Part shown: one piece after another, positions 45,298 to 55,628 of the stretch
Position numbering within the stretch: the first letter of the stretch is position 1
How the letters are laid out: every line of letters starts with the position of its first letter
NCBI GenBank assembly: GCA_041649115.1
Contig: JBAZNT010000005.1
Span: 12,737-76,736, forward strand
DNA: 64,000 nucleotides
Direction: 5' to 3'
From: Candidatus Omnitrophota bacterium
Lineage (GTDB): Bacteria; Omnitrophota; Gorgyraeia; Gygaellales; Profunditerraquicolaceae
Program-made: the position numbers and the translations under genes
The notes under the pieces: generated by a model
What the model was told of the DNA's origin: nothing
Database searches by the model: none
What the model saw: only the letters and a program-made list of their open reading frames with translations

Positions 45298-47238
45298 ATG
45301 GCAAAGATAATCGGAATTGATTTGGGTACTTCAAACTCGGCAGCCGCGGTAATGGAGGGCGGCAGGCCGGTAATCATCCCTTCGGCAGAAGGGGCAGGGG
45401 TGGCTTCCGGAAAGGCGTTCCCTTCCTTCGTGGCTTTTACTAAAGAAGGGCAGCGGCTGGTGGGAGAGCCGGCAAGGCGCCAGGCAGCCATTAACCCCGA
45501 AGGGACAATCCAGGCTGCCAAACGCAAGATGGGCAGCGATTACAAATTCAAGGTTTATGGCAAGGAGTATACCCCCCAGCAGATATCGGCTTTTATCCTG
45601 CAGAAGATAAAACAGGATGCCGAGGCTTATCTCGGGGATAAGGTTGAAGAGGCAGTAATAACCTGCCCCGCGTACTTTGATGATAATCAGAGGACCGCTA
45701 CCAAAGACGCAGGCGAGATTGCGGGATTAAAGGTTTTAAGGATTATTAATGAGCCTACGGCAGCCTGCCTCGCTTACGGCCTGGAGAAAGCCGGTAAGGA
45801 ATTAAAGATACTGGTTTTTGATTTCGGAGGCGGCACGCTCGATGTTACCATTATGGAAATGTGGAAAGAGGGGGGCTTTAAGGTCATGGCCACCAGCGGA
45901 GATACCCAGCTGGGAGGCACGGATATGGATAACGCCTTAATCGACCATATCGCCGGGCAGTTTAAACGCGAGACAGGCATAGACCTTAAGAATGACAGGA
46001 TGGCGATGCAGCGCCTGCGCGAAGCAGCTGAGAAAGCCAAGGTAGAGTTATCCAGCACCCTGACCACTGATATCAACCTTCCTTTTATTACCGCTGATGC
46101 CGGAGGGCCTAAACACCTTACGATGTCCATCAACCGCGCCAAACTCGAGGAGTTGGTAGGCCCTATCGTTGAAAGGTGCCGCCAGCCGTTGGAGAGGGCG
46201 TTATCCGATGCCAAGGCTGCATTTGAAAAAGAAGGCATTGCCTTCGGCGATAAGGTGGTAGACAAGATTATCATGGTAGGCGGACCTACCCGCATGCCGA
46301 TTGTGCAGAAGTTCGTGGAGGACTATTTCGGCAAGAAGATTGAACGCGGGGTAGACCCCATGGAATGCGTGGCAATGGGCGCTGCTATCCAGGCCGCCAT
46401 TATCAAGGGGGATGTTAAGGACGTGTTGCTTTTAGACGTTACTCCGCTTTCGCTCGGGATTGAGACCTTGGGAGGAGTTAATACAAAGCTCATTGAGAGA
46501 AATACCACTATACCTACCAGGAAAGGGCAGGTTTTTTCAACCGCCGCAGACAATCAGACCGCGGTCACCATACGGGTTATCCAGGGCGAGAGACCGATGG
46601 CTGATGCCGAGGGTAACGTGGAGTTGGGGAGGTTTGACCTGGTGGGTATCCCGGCTGCTCCGCGCGGGGTCCCGCAGGTTGAGGTTGCCTTTGACATCGA
46701 TGCCAACGGCATCGTGCATGTTTCAGCCAAGGACCTTGGCACCGGCAAGGAGCAATCCATCCGCATTACCGCTCCCAAGAAGCTTTCCAAGGAGGAGATA
46801 GACAAGATGGTGCGCGATGCCGAGAAGTTCGCCGGAGAAGATGCCAGGAAAAAGGAAGAGGTTGAAGTTATCAATCAGGCGGATAACCTCGTTTATGCCA
46901 CCGAGAAGTCCCTGAAGGACTACGGTGATAAGGTCAGCCAGGCAGAGCGCGCGGATATTGAAGCCAAGCTCAATGACCTCAAGTCCGCCATCAAGGATAA
47001 AAACACCGAGAGGATTAAGAAGGGCATGGAAGACCTTACCAAGTCTGCCCATAAACTTGCGGAGGAAATTTACAAGCAGGCCGCAGCAAATAAACAGCAG
47101 GCGGGAGCCCAGCAGGGGCAGGGGCCTTCGGGGGATACGGCCGCCAAAGATGACGCAGGCTCCGGACAAGGCCAAAAGGAAAAAAACGAAGACATCATCG
47201 ACGCCGAATATAAAGAAGAGGACGATAACAAGAAATAA
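45298..47238 (+). CDS. dnaK: Molecular chaperone DnaK (Hsp70)
   Basis: [32 protein letters not shown], and [18 protein letters not shown]. Confidence 0.98.
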   Translation: MAKIIGIDLGTSNSAAAVMEGGRPVIIPSAEGAGVASGKAFPSFVAFTKEGQRLVGEPARRQAAINPEGTIQAAKRKMGSDYKFKVYGKEYTPQQISAFILQKIKQDAEAYLGDKVEEAVITCPAYFDDNQRTATKDAGEIAGLKVLRIINEPTAACLAYGLEKAGKELKILVFDFGGGTLDVTIMEMWKEGGFKVMATSGDTQLGGTDMDNALIDHIAGQFKRETGIDLKNDRMAMQRLREAAEKAKVELSSTLTTDINLPFITADAGGPKHLTMSINRAKLEELVGPIVERCRQPLERALSDAKAAFEKEGIAFGDKVVDKIIMVGGPTRMPIVQKFVEDYFGKKIERGVDPMECVAMGAAIQAAIIKGDVKDVLLLDVTPLSLGIETLGGVNTKLIERNTTIPTRKGQVFSTAADNQTAVTIRVIQGERPMADAEGNVELGRFDLVGIPAAPRGVPQVEVAFDIDANGIVHVSAKDLGTGKEQSIRITAPKKLSKEEIDKMVRDAEKFAGEDARKKEEVEVINQADNLVYATEKSLKDYGDKVSQAERADIEAKLNDLKSAIKDKNTERIKKGMEDLTKSAHKLAEEIYKQAAANKQQAGAQQGQGPSGDTAAKDDAGSGQGQKEKNEDIIDAEYKEEDDNKK

Positions 47239-47267
47239 GGTTTCAGAGATTACGCCAAGAGACGTCG

Positions 47268-47295
47268 AATCCCTGCATTAATACCTGCAGGGATT
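47268..47295 (+). terminator. Hairpin between dnaK and dnaJ (possible partial terminator/attenuator)
   Basis: 10-bp perfect stem aatccctgca/tgcagggatt with an 8-nt loop, followed by ttgacgttttt. Confidence 0.4.
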
Positions 47296-47313
47296 TTGAC
47301 GTTTTTAACGAAC

Positions 47314-48429
47314 GTGACCACTAAACGGGATTATTACGAGATACTGGGTGTTAAGAAGAGCGCTTCGCTGGATGAGATAAGGAAGGCTTATCGCGAGCTG
47401 GCCTTGCGCTATCATCCTGACCGCGTTCCTGCCGAGCAGAAGAAAGAGGCGGAAGAGAAGTTCAAGGAGATATCCGAGTCTTACGCCGTTCTTTCGGATT
47501 CGCAGAAACGCGCCCTCTATGACCAGTATGGCCACTCCGGCATAGACCAGAGGTATGCCCAGGAAGATATATTCAAGGGCGCTGATTTTAGCAGCGTATT
47601 CCAGGACCTCTCGGATTTTGGATTCGGCGGAGGCCTCTTTGACGAGATATTCGGCGACTTGGGATTTAATATGTTCAGGGGCACTTCCAGAAGAGGAGGG
47701 CGCCAGAGGCGCGGACGCGACCTGGAGATTACCACCGAGATAGGCCTGGAAGAAGCAGCCAGTGGTATTGAGCAGACGATTACCATACCGCGTTACGAGA
47801 TTTGCGTTGCCTGTTCCGGAAGCGGCGCAAAGCCCGGCTCCAAAAAAACCACCTGTCCGCAATGCCGGGGCTCCGGCCGCATGGTTAGTTCTAACGGTTA
47901 TTTTCAGGTTGCTACGACCTGTTCGCGCTGCGGTGGGGAAGGGTATATAGTCACTGCCCCCTGTCAGGACTGCCGCGGGGAAGGGCGCACCAAGATTACG
48001 CGCCACCTAAAGATAAAGATCCCTGCCGGCGTTGATAACGGCTCGCACCTGCGCATCCGCGGAGAGGGAGAGTCAGGCGCTGCCGGCAAGGGGGACCTTT
48101 ACGTTATCCTCCAAGTGCGACCGCATCCTGTTTTTCAGAGGCACGGCAGGGATATTTTTACGGAAGTCAAGGTGAGCATGGTAAAGGCTATTCTTGGAGG
48201 CGAGATAGAGGTCCCGACCTTAAGCGGCAATGTTAAGATGAAGATCCCTGCCGGCACCCAGAGCAATAAGATATTTCGTCTCAAGAATAAGGGGGTAGTT
48301 GACCTGCACGGCGGACCGGCCGGAGACGAACTGGTGAGGGTTAATGTCGAGATACCAGCGCGCCTTAATTCACAGCAGCGCAGGTTGATTGAGGAATTTG
48401 CAAGATTATCCAGAGAGGAGATATTTTAG
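47314..48429 (+). CDS. dnaJ: Molecular chaperone DnaJ
   Basis: J-domain [10 protein letters not shown]...YHPDR, a G/F region, and four CxxCxGxG repeats ([32 protein letters not shown]). The start is ambiguous: GTG 47314 gives [13 protein letters not shown], and TTG 47296 is also open. Confidence 0.93.
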   Translation: MTTKRDYYEILGVKKSASLDEIRKAYRELALRYHPDRVPAEQKKEAEEKFKEISESYAVLSDSQKRALYDQYGHSGIDQRYAQEDIFKGADFSSVFQDLSDFGFGGGLFDEIFGDLGFNMFRGTSRRGGRQRRGRDLEITTEIGLEEAASGIEQTITIPRYEICVACSGSGAKPGSKKTTCPQCRGSGRMVSSNGYFQVATTCSRCGGEGYIVTAPCQDCRGEGRTKITRHLKIKIPAGVDNGSHLRIRGEGESGAAGKGDLYVILQVRPHPVFQRHGRDIFTEVKVSMVKAILGGEIEVPTLSGNVKMKIPAGTQSNKIFRLKNKGVVDLHGGPAGDELVRVNVEIPARLNSQQRRLIEEFARLSREEIF

Positions 48430-48430
48430 C

Positions 48431-48706
48431 ATGCCTACCTATGAATATGAATGCAGGAGCTGCGGATACAAATTTGAGGCATTCCAGAAGATGACCGATA
48501 AGCCGCTCGCGGAATGCCCCAAATGCAAAAAGGTCCTGCGCCGCCTCATAGGCAGCGGCATGGGTATCATTTTCAAAGGATCCGGTTTTTACGCCACTGA
48601 TTACCGCAAAGGCAAGCCCGAAAGCGATTCTTCCAAGAAAAAAGATCCCTCATCCGCTGCCTGCGCCGCTAAAAAAGAAGGGTGCGATGGCTGCGGTTGT
48701 AAATAG
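48431..48706 (+). CDS. FmdB-family zinc-ribbon protein
   Basis: MPTYEYECRSCGYKFE...CPKC (CxxC...CxxC). ATG 48431 lies 2 nt after the dnaJ stop. The track's upstream extension from 48389 overlaps dnaJ. Confidence 0.8.
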   Translation: MPTYEYECRSCGYKFEAFQKMTDKPLAECPKCKKVLRRLIGSGMGIIFKGSGFYATDYRKGKPESDSSKKKDPSSAACAAKKEGCDGCGCK

Positions 48707-49073
48707 TAGCGGCCCGCGGAAGCAGTTTGCGGTATACTGGCTGCCTGTTGTTGCCTGGGCAATAGCGATTTTCGTTTTTTCATCTATACCCGGCGGTAAG
48801 ATAGCGAGCCTGTTTCCTTATCAGGACGCAGTTTTTCATTTCCTGGAATACCTGGTATTCGCCGTTTTAATCAACCGTGCCTGGAAGGTTTATTACCGGC
48901 GGTGTTCTGGATGCCGGCGTTTCTTTTTGATATTTACTTTTACGCTGATATATGCGATAATCGATGAACTGCACCAGTCTTGTGTCCCGGGCCGTAATGC
49001 CTCGCTTGCGGACATAGGGTTTGATGCGCTGGGCATAGCGGCGGCAGGCATCTTTTACTTATGGCAAAAATAA
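48687..49073 (+). CDS. VanZ-like family membrane protein
   Basis: Four TM helices and DELHQSCVPGRNASLADIGFDALG, typical of VanZ. Confidence 0.75.
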   Translation: MAAVVNSSGPRKQFAVYWLPVVAWAIAIFVFSSIPGGKIASLFPYQDAVFHFLEYLVFAVLINRAWKVYYRRCSGCRRFFLIFTFTLIYAIIDELHQSCVPGRNASLADIGFDALGIAAAGIFYLWQK

Positions 49074-50353
49074 AGCCTTTCAAGGCAATCAGTTACAATA
49101 AAGAGAAAATCAGAGACCTCTCCAAGGTTGTCTGTCCTCCCTATGACGTGATTTCCCCTCTTAAGCAGGAATACCTGCACCGGCTGGACCCTCATAATTT
49201 TATCCACATTATTTTCGGCAAGGACATACCCGGCCAGGACAAATACCGCCGCGCAGCGGGTTATTTTAAAGAGTGGCAGAGCGACGGGGTGTTTCTGGAA
49301 GACGCCTCGCCGGCAATTTATTTCTACAGCCATCAGTATTATTTAAGAGGCGAAAGGAAGACGCGGCTGGGATTTATCGCGCTTCTGCATCTGGGCGATA
49401 AGAATGCCTCTGCCTTTGCCCACGAGAATACCCGTAGCGCCGCCAAGGAAGACAGGCTGAAATTAATACGCCGCCTGAAGGCGAACCTCAGCCCTATCTT
49501 TGTATTATTCTGGGACCGCAAGCGCATTATCCCGCGCTTATACGAACAGCGCATCCGTGACAAGGAGCCTTTTATCGAGGTTACCTCTGAGGATAAGGAA
49601 GTACACAAGCTCTGGAGGATTGATGATCCGGCGGTCCTGGCGGATATGCAGGCCAAGATGGCCGGCGAGGATATCTTTATCGCCGACGGACATCACCGTT
49701 ATGAGGTAGCCTGTGCCTTCCGCGATGAGATGAAGGAAAGGATGGGGGGGGTTCCGGAGGATTCAAGTTTTAATTATGTGCTGGCCTATTTTACCAATAT
49801 AGAGTCTCTGGGGTTGGTAGTGCTGCCTATCCACCGCCTGGTGAAACTCCAATCCGCTTTTAAGATGGAGGATTTCATCGCGCGACTCAAGGCGAACTTT
49901 GACGTTGAGGAGGTAAAGGATAAGACGCGTTTCTTCTTCCTGTTAGAGAAGGCCGGCAGGAGCGAACACGTCATCGGAATGTATAAAAACAGGAAATTCT
50001 GGCTGGTACGTTTAAAAAACGTAAAACTGCTTGATAAGATGATTAAAGACAAGCCCAAGGAGTACCGCTCGCTTGACGTATCCATACTGAATTACCTTAT
50101 TCTAAAAGAAGTCCTGGGTATACCCCTGGAAGATAAACAGCGCATTAGTTTTAGCAGCGATGCCGATGAATTCATGCGCGAGGTTGACCGCGACGATGCC
50201 AATATTGCTTTTTTCCTGAATCCCGTAAAGGTTAAGCAGATTATTTCGGTAGCCTTGAGCGGACATAAGATGCCCGCAAAATCTACCTATTTCTACCCTA
50301 AGGTCCTCTCGGGAATGGTAATCAATAAACACTCCGAAGATAAAAGCGCATAA
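49061..50353 (+). CDS. DUF1015 domain protein
   Basis: MAKIKPFKAISYN...VCPPYDVIS...FIADGHHRYE...LPIHRL matches the DUF1015 pattern. Confidence 0.85.
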   Translation: MAKIKPFKAISYNKEKIRDLSKVVCPPYDVISPLKQEYLHRLDPHNFIHIIFGKDIPGQDKYRRAAGYFKEWQSDGVFLEDASPAIYFYSHQYYLRGERKTRLGFIALLHLGDKNASAFAHENTRSAAKEDRLKLIRRLKANLSPIFVLFWDRKRIIPRLYEQRIRDKEPFIEVTSEDKEVHKLWRIDDPAVLADMQAKMAGEDIFIADGHHRYEVACAFRDEMKERMGGVPEDSSFNYVLAYFTNIESLGLVVLPIHRLVKLQSAFKMEDFIARLKANFDVEEVKDKTRFFFLLEKAGRSEHVIGMYKNRKFWLVRLKNVKLLDKMIKDKPKEYRSLDVSILNYLILKEVLGIPLEDKQRISFSSDADEFMREVDRDDANIAFFLNPVKVKQIISVALSGHKMPAKSTYFYPKVLSGMVINKHSEDKSA

Positions 50354-50359
50354 TAAGTT

Positions 50360-51199
50360 ATGGCTCTGTTTGGAAAACCAAAATATACTATCGTCCGGCT
50401 TAAAAAAAAGGATATACCTGACGGCCTCTGGATTAAGTGCGAGGAGTGTTCCGAGGTGCTCTACAGCAAGACCCTTGAGGAGAACCTCAAGGTTTGTCCT
50501 AAGTGCAATTATCACTTCACCTTAAATTCCTACGAAAGAATAAACGCCATCCTTGATGCGGGAACTTTCCGGGAGTATGACCCGGATATGATTTCAACCG
50601 ATCCCCTGAGTTTCCAGGGACCTAAGACCTACAAGGAGAAATTAGCTCAGGACCAGGCTGCCACCGGCCTAAAAGATGCCGCTGTCACGGGGGAAGGCCT
50701 TTTGGAGAATAAGAGAGTTATGATTGCTGTTACAGATTCGCGTTTTATCATGGGTTCCATGGGGTCGGTGGTAGGAGAGAAGATTACCCGTGTAATAGAG
50801 GCCGCTACCAGCAACAACTCCCCCGTCATTATTGTTTCCGGTTCCGGGGGGGGAGCAAGAATGTACGAGGGTATGTATAGCCTGATGCAGATGGCAAAGA
50901 CCTCGGCAGCGCTTAGTTATCATCATAAGGCCGGCCTGGCTTTTATCTCGGTTCTGACCAATCCTACCATGGCGGGGGTAATGGCTTCATTCGCAGGCCT
51001 GGGGGATGTGATCATTGCGGAACCCAAGGCCTTGATAGGATTTACCGGGCCCAGGGTAATAGAGCAGACCATTCGTCAGAAGTTGCCTGCCGGTTTTCAG
51101 CGTTCGGAGTTTTTGCTGGAGCACGGCCTGATAGATATGGTTGTCCACCGCAAGAATCTTAAGGGGACCATCAGCCAGTTGCTTGACTATTTGGACTAG
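50360..51199 (+). CDS. accD: Acetyl-CoA carboxylase carboxyltransferase beta subunit
   Basis: N-terminal Zn ribbon CEECSEVLY...CPKCNYH, followed by FIMGSMGSVVGEK, SGGARMYEG and IGFTGPRVIEQT. Confidence 0.93.
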   Translation: MALFGKPKYTIVRLKKKDIPDGLWIKCEECSEVLYSKTLEENLKVCPKCNYHFTLNSYERINAILDAGTFREYDPDMISTDPLSFQGPKTYKEKLAQDQAATGLKDAAVTGEGLLENKRVMIAVTDSRFIMGSMGSVVGEKITRVIEAATSNNSPVIIVSGSGGGARMYEGMYSLMQMAKTSAALSYHHKAGLAFISVLTNPTMAGVMASFAGLGDVIIAEPKALIGFTGPRVIEQTIRQKLPAGFQRSEFLLEHGLIDMVVHRKNLKGTISQLLDYLD

Positions 51200-51255
51200 C
51201 GATGTATAATGAAAAAATAACATCACGTTATCCTCTGACAGGGGAGTAATCCCTT

Positions 51256-52359
51256 ATGGCGCAGGTAAGCTTGAATGAGGTTTCCAAGATTTACTCCGGC
51301 GGCATCAAGGCGGTTGACGGCATAAGCCTGGGTGTCGAGAATAAGGAGTTCATGATTTTAGTCGGCCCTTCGGGTTGCGGCAAGTCCACTACCTTAAGGA
51401 TGATCGCGGGGCTGGAAGACATAAGCGCGGGAAGGATATATATCGGCGATAAACTGGTCAACGAAGTGCCGCCCAAGGACCGCGATATTGCGATGGTCTT
51501 TCAGAATTATGCCCTCTATCCGCACATGACGGTCTTTGAAAACATGTCTTTCGGATTGCGCCTGAGGCGTTACCCCAAAATGGAAATCGTGCAGCGCGTC
51601 AACGAAGCGGCGGACATCCTGGGTATAAAGAGCCTTCTTTTCCGCCGTCCGCGTGAACTTTCCGGAGGCGAGAGGCAGCGCGTGGCAGTCGGGAGGGCAA
51701 TCGTGCGCAAGCCGATGGTATTCCTTTTTGACGAACCCCTGAGCAACCTTGACGCAAAGCTGCGCGTGCAGATGCGCACCGAAATCCATAAGCTGCACAT
51801 CCGCCTGCAGAGCACCATCATCTATGTTACCCACGACCAGACCGAGGCTATGACGATGGGAGACAGGATTGCCGTAATGAAGGGTGGCATACTGCAGCAG
51901 GTGGGCGAGCCCATCTCTATCTATGACCATCCCAGGAATAAATTTGTCGCAGGTTTTATCGGTTCTCCCCCCATGAATTTCATGAACGGCAGGATCATCA
52001 AGAAGGACGGCCGCGTCTATTTTGACGAAGGCAAGATCCGCGCCAAGCTCGTTGAAGACATGTTTGATAAGATACTTCCTTACCTGGGTAAGGAAGTGAT
52101 ATTCGGTATCCGCGCCGAGGATATATACGACAAGCTTTTTGTTTCCAATGCGCCGCCCGAAAACGTGGTAAGGGTAAATTGCGAGGTGGTCGAGCCGATG
52201 GGGTCGGAGATCTACCTGTACCTTAATACCGGCATCAATACCTTTATTGCCCGCGTAGGAGCCCATAACAAACCGCAGGTGAATCAGGACATGGACGTGG
52301 TGTTTGATATGAGCAAGGTGCATTTTTTTGACAAGGATACCGAAGAGACGATAGTCTAA
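51256..52359 (+). CDS. MalK/UgpC/MsmX-type sugar ABC transporter ATP-binding protein (no cognate permease in window)
   Basis: Walker A GPSGCGKST, signature LSGGERQRVAVGRA, Walker B VFLFDEPLSNLD, H-loop YVTHDQ, and a C-terminal TOBE-like regulatory domain. Confidence 0.92.
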   Translation: MAQVSLNEVSKIYSGGIKAVDGISLGVENKEFMILVGPSGCGKSTTLRMIAGLEDISAGRIYIGDKLVNEVPPKDRDIAMVFQNYALYPHMTVFENMSFGLRLRRYPKMEIVQRVNEAADILGIKSLLFRRPRELSGGERQRVAVGRAIVRKPMVFLFDEPLSNLDAKLRVQMRTEIHKLHIRLQSTIIYVTHDQTEAMTMGDRIAVMKGGILQQVGEPISIYDHPRNKFVAGFIGSPPMNFMNGRIIKKDGRVYFDEGKIRAKLVEDMFDKILPYLGKEVIFGIRAEDIYDKLFVSNAPPENVVRVNCEVVEPMGSEIYLYLNTGINTFIARVGAHNKPQVNQDMDVVFDMSKVHFFDKDTEETIV

Positions 52360-52587
52360 TTTATAAACAAATAGAGACATAGTCCTACGGATATCGCCAT
52401 CCTTAAAAAATCTTTAAGAATAGTTGGTTTCGTAGCAGTTTTATTTGGTGCCTACATTATCCTGCCGGTCTATCTTTACATCCTCCTGCATCATCCTTTT
52501 CGCCTGCCGCTACTCCTGTGTTTTTACCTCGTAAATATCGTTCTGGGGGGGTGCCTTTTTAACAAATACCTCAAGATAAAGGGCGGT

Positions 52588-53682
52588 TTGAATTTTGAGA
52601 TTGAAGGCCTGCAGGAGAAAATCAATATCGTCGCCGAAGAGAACGCCCAGGAATCAAAGAACAAGATTGCCTTTCAGGAAAAGATAAGGCGTTACCGCAG
52701 CCTGAAGGAAATAATCGAGAACATTAACCAGAATCTTGACCTGGAATACATCGCCAATAGCCTTACCTCTACCGCTTTTTCGTTTATCGCCAAGAATAAA
52801 GGAACATGCATTTTTTATCTGTCGGATAAGCACGGCAGGCTTACCCTTTATAAAGCTAAAAAGGAAGACAAGGGCCTGATCATCAAAGACAAGGAAGGCG
52901 ATACCTTTGATTCCTGGGTGGTCCGTCATGTCGCACCGCTTTTTATAGAGGACATCAAGAGGGATTTCCGTTTTGACCTTGATAAGCTGGCAGAGGAAGA
53001 CGTCCGCTCCATCTCTTCCCTTATCAGTTCTCCTTTAGTCAGCGACCACCGGATGATGGGGGTTTTGAGGCTTGACAACCAATTGCCCGCATTTTATTCG
53101 CAGGACGACTTGAGGTTTTTGACGATTATCTCTGACCTCGGCGCGGTAGCGCTGGAGAACGGGGAACTTTTCCAGAAGACACAGGACCTTGCCATCCATG
53201 ACGGCCTGACCGCGCTATACACCAAAGGTTATTTTATGGAGCGCCTGAAGGAAGAGTGCAAGAGGAGCATGAGGCAGAATTCAAGCTTTACGCTCCTGAT
53301 GTTGGATATAGATTATTTCAAGAAATACAACGACCAGTTCGGCCACACCGCCGGAGACCTGGTGCTAAAGACCATCAGCTCCACCATGGCGGATTACCTC
53401 AAGGAATTTAACACCATTATCAGCCGTTTCGGAGGAGAGGAATTTTGCGTGATATTGTCGCACATGGACAAGAGGAAGGCCCGCGCCATTGCCGAGGACC
53501 TGCGCGCCAGGATAGAGAATACCAAGGTTATCCTGCGGCGCCAGGAGACTAACATTACCGTTTCAATCGGCCTGGCGAATTTCCCCGCTGACGCCAAAGA
53601 CGAAATAGAACTAATCCTGAAGTCCGATAAGGCAATGTATGAAGCCAAGCAAAAAGGAAGAAACCAGGTATGCTCTATTTAG
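52588..53682 (+). CDS. GAF - GGDEF diguanylate cyclase (N-terminus probably longer, see findings)
   Basis: Coiled coil, then a GAF-like region (...LISSPLVSDHRMMGVLRLDN...), then GGDEF: DGLTALYTKGYF, DIDYFKKYNDQFGH, GGEEF. The track start is TTG 52588. Confidence 0.85.
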   Translation: MNFEIEGLQEKINIVAEENAQESKNKIAFQEKIRRYRSLKEIIENINQNLDLEYIANSLTSTAFSFIAKNKGTCIFYLSDKHGRLTLYKAKKEDKGLIIKDKEGDTFDSWVVRHVAPLFIEDIKRDFRFDLDKLAEEDVRSISSLISSPLVSDHRMMGVLRLDNQLPAFYSQDDLRFLTIISDLGAVALENGELFQKTQDLAIHDGLTALYTKGYFMERLKEECKRSMRQNSSFTLLMLDIDYFKKYNDQFGHTAGDLVLKTISSTMADYLKEFNTIISRFGGEEFCVILSHMDKRKARAIAEDLRARIENTKVILRRQETNITVSIGLANFPADAKDEIELILKSDKAMYEAKQKGRNQVCSI

Positions 53683-54659
53683 CGGCGCTGATAGTGCTAA
53701 TATTCTGTTTCTACCGGGGGTTTAAAAAAATCCTGGCAGGTTTCCTGGTCAGGGACTTTTTGGATGTCAAGGAGCAGCTCAAGGGGAATCACCAGCGGCT
53801 TCTTAAGTTAAATACGCAACTGAAGGATGAAAACCTCGTCCTTCACAAGGAACTCGAACAGACTATCGCGCTTTATGATATCAGCAAGCAGATATGCAGG
53901 ACGCTGGAAGAGGACGCCGTATTTAATCATTTCAAGGAGGAGATAGATAAGTATATCGATATCGGCAGCTGTAAGTTTGTTAAGGGCGCTGTCGACATCT
54001 CGCAATACAATGATAAGGCGGTCCTGAACCTTGAGATAGATAAGAACCTCATCGGTCATTTGATTGCCGACGGCATCAGGCCGCAAGAGCAGGAGAAGTT
54101 CAATATTCTTGCCCAGCAGTTCCTGTTAGGGATCAAGAGGGCAATCCTCTACCAGCAGGTGCAGGAGCTTTCGGTTACCGATACCCTGACCGGAGCCTTC
54201 AGCCGCCGGCACTACCTGGAGAGGTTCGGGGAGGAGTTGGAGCGTTCCAACAAATTCAAATATCATTTTTCCTGCCTGATGGTTGATATCGATCACTTCA
54301 AGGATTACAACGACCGGTATGGGCATCTGGTAGGGGATGCCATACTCAAGGAGATAGCCGGACTTATTAAAGAGAGCATCCGCCAGATAGATTTGATGGG
54401 GCGCTACGGAGGAGAGGAGTTTTCGCTTGTGCTTACCGAGACCGGAAAGGAAGATGCCCGCTATGTTGCAGAGCGTATCAGGCGCGCCATTGAGGATGCG
54501 CGTATAAGGGTTTATGACGAAGACCTCAAGGTTACTATCAGTATCGGCATCTCCGGTTTTCCCGCTGACGGCCAGGATACGCGCAGCCTGATTGAAAAAG
54601 CCGACCAGGCCCTTTACCAGGCCAAGCAGACCGGCAGGAACAGGGTCTGCGTTTCCTAA
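53670..54659 (+). CDS. TM-anchored GGDEF diguanylate cyclase (paralogue of the upstream gene)
   Basis: N-terminal TM LYLAALIVLIFCFY and a coiled coil. GGDEF motifs: DTLTGAFSRRHY, DIDHFKDYNDRYGH, GGEEF, with an I-site-like RRAIED. Confidence 0.85.
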   Translation: MLYLAALIVLIFCFYRGFKKILAGFLVRDFLDVKEQLKGNHQRLLKLNTQLKDENLVLHKELEQTIALYDISKQICRTLEEDAVFNHFKEEIDKYIDIGSCKFVKGAVDISQYNDKAVLNLEIDKNLIGHLIADGIRPQEQEKFNILAQQFLLGIKRAILYQQVQELSVTDTLTGAFSRRHYLERFGEELERSNKFKYHFSCLMVDIDHFKDYNDRYGHLVGDAILKEIAGLIKESIRQIDLMGRYGGEEFSLVLTETGKEDARYVAERIRRAIEDARIRVYDEDLKVTISIGISGFPADGQDTRSLIEKADQALYQAKQTGRNRVCVS

Positions 54660-54701
54660 ATATATTGAAATAAACGGGATTTTAATATAAAATACAGCGA
54701 A

Positions 54702-55628
54702 ATGGTTAAAAAGTTTATCATTGCCGTTGATCTCGGGGGAACTAATTTAAGGGTGGCGCTGCTTGATTTGCGCTATCGTATTGTATTGAGGCATTCCTTT
54801 AGCACGCGTACGCTACTAAATAAAGATAGATTGATACGGGTAATTATAAAAGCGGTTAATGATATACTGGAGAGTCAAAACATAAATAAACGCAATATCT
54901 TGGGGGCAGGACTGGGTTTGCCAGGTTCAATTGATTATGAAAAAGGAATAGTGCATTCCCTTACCAATATACCCGGCTGGAAGGATGTGCGCTTGGGCCG
55001 GTTGCTTAAGAAAGAACTCAGCATACCCGTTTTCATGGATAATGACGCTAATCTGATGTGTTTGGCAGAGTACCGCCTGGGAGCGGCTGGCGGCTCGCGT
55101 TATGCCGTTTGCCTTACCTTGGGCACCGGCGTGGGTGCAGGCGTAATTTCAGAGGGCAGGCTTTACCGCGGCGCAAATAATGCTGCCGGCGAGGTAGGGC
55201 ACATCCCTCTTAATGAGCACGGCCCAAGGTGCAATTGCGGCGGCAGAGGGTGCCTGGAGACATATGTCGGCAATAACAGGATTTTGGCAGAGGCAAGGAA
55301 GGCGTTCGGACACAACATTACTCTCGAAGGCATAAGCCGGTTGGCCGGAAACGGTAATGCCAGGGCCTTGCGGTTCTGGTCGGCCGTGGGCCGGCACCTG
55401 GGAATCGGCCTGACAGGGGTAACCAATCTTCTAAACCCCGATGTTATTGTTATCGGAGGAGGAGTGGCGAATGCCGGTAAGGCGTTGTTGGATGAGGTAA
55501 AAAAAGTCATCAGGAACCGGGCAATGAAGGTGCAGGCCCGCCACGTCAAGGTTTGTATGGCCAGCCTGGGCAGCGATGCCGGTTTGATAGGCGCGGCGGT
55601 AATGGTAAAGGATGGGGTTAAAGGATGA
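54702..55628 (+). CDS. ROK-family glucokinase
   Basis: [14 protein letters not shown], the DNDAN motif ([13 protein letters not shown]), and the Zn-Cys motif [21 protein letters not shown]. Confidence 0.85.
   Translation: MVKKFIIAVDLGGTNLRVALLDLRYRIVLRHSFSTRTLLNKDRLIRVIIKAVNDILESQNINKRNILGAGLGLPGSIDYEKGIVHSLTNIPGWKDVRLGRLLKKELSIPVFMDNDANLMCLAEYRLGAAGGSRYAVCLTLGTGVGAGVISEGRLYRGANNAAGEVGHIPLNEHGPRCNCGGRGCLETYVGNNRILAEARKAFGHNITLEGISRLAGNGNARALRFWSAVGRHLGIGLTGVTNLLNPDVIVIGGGVANAGKALLDEVKKVIRNRAMKVQARHVKVCMASLGSDAGLIGAAVMVKDGVKG

Noticed and set aside
49744-49751. G8 homopolymer tracts inside the DUF1015 gene (49744-49751) and accD (50846-50853), considered as possible phase-variation slippage sites.
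   Set aside because: - Both are in frame within essential-type or conserved genes, encoding Gly-Gly and part of the SGSGGGARM motif.
- Nothing in the gene context suggests contingency loci.
- They are more likely a codon-usage consequence.
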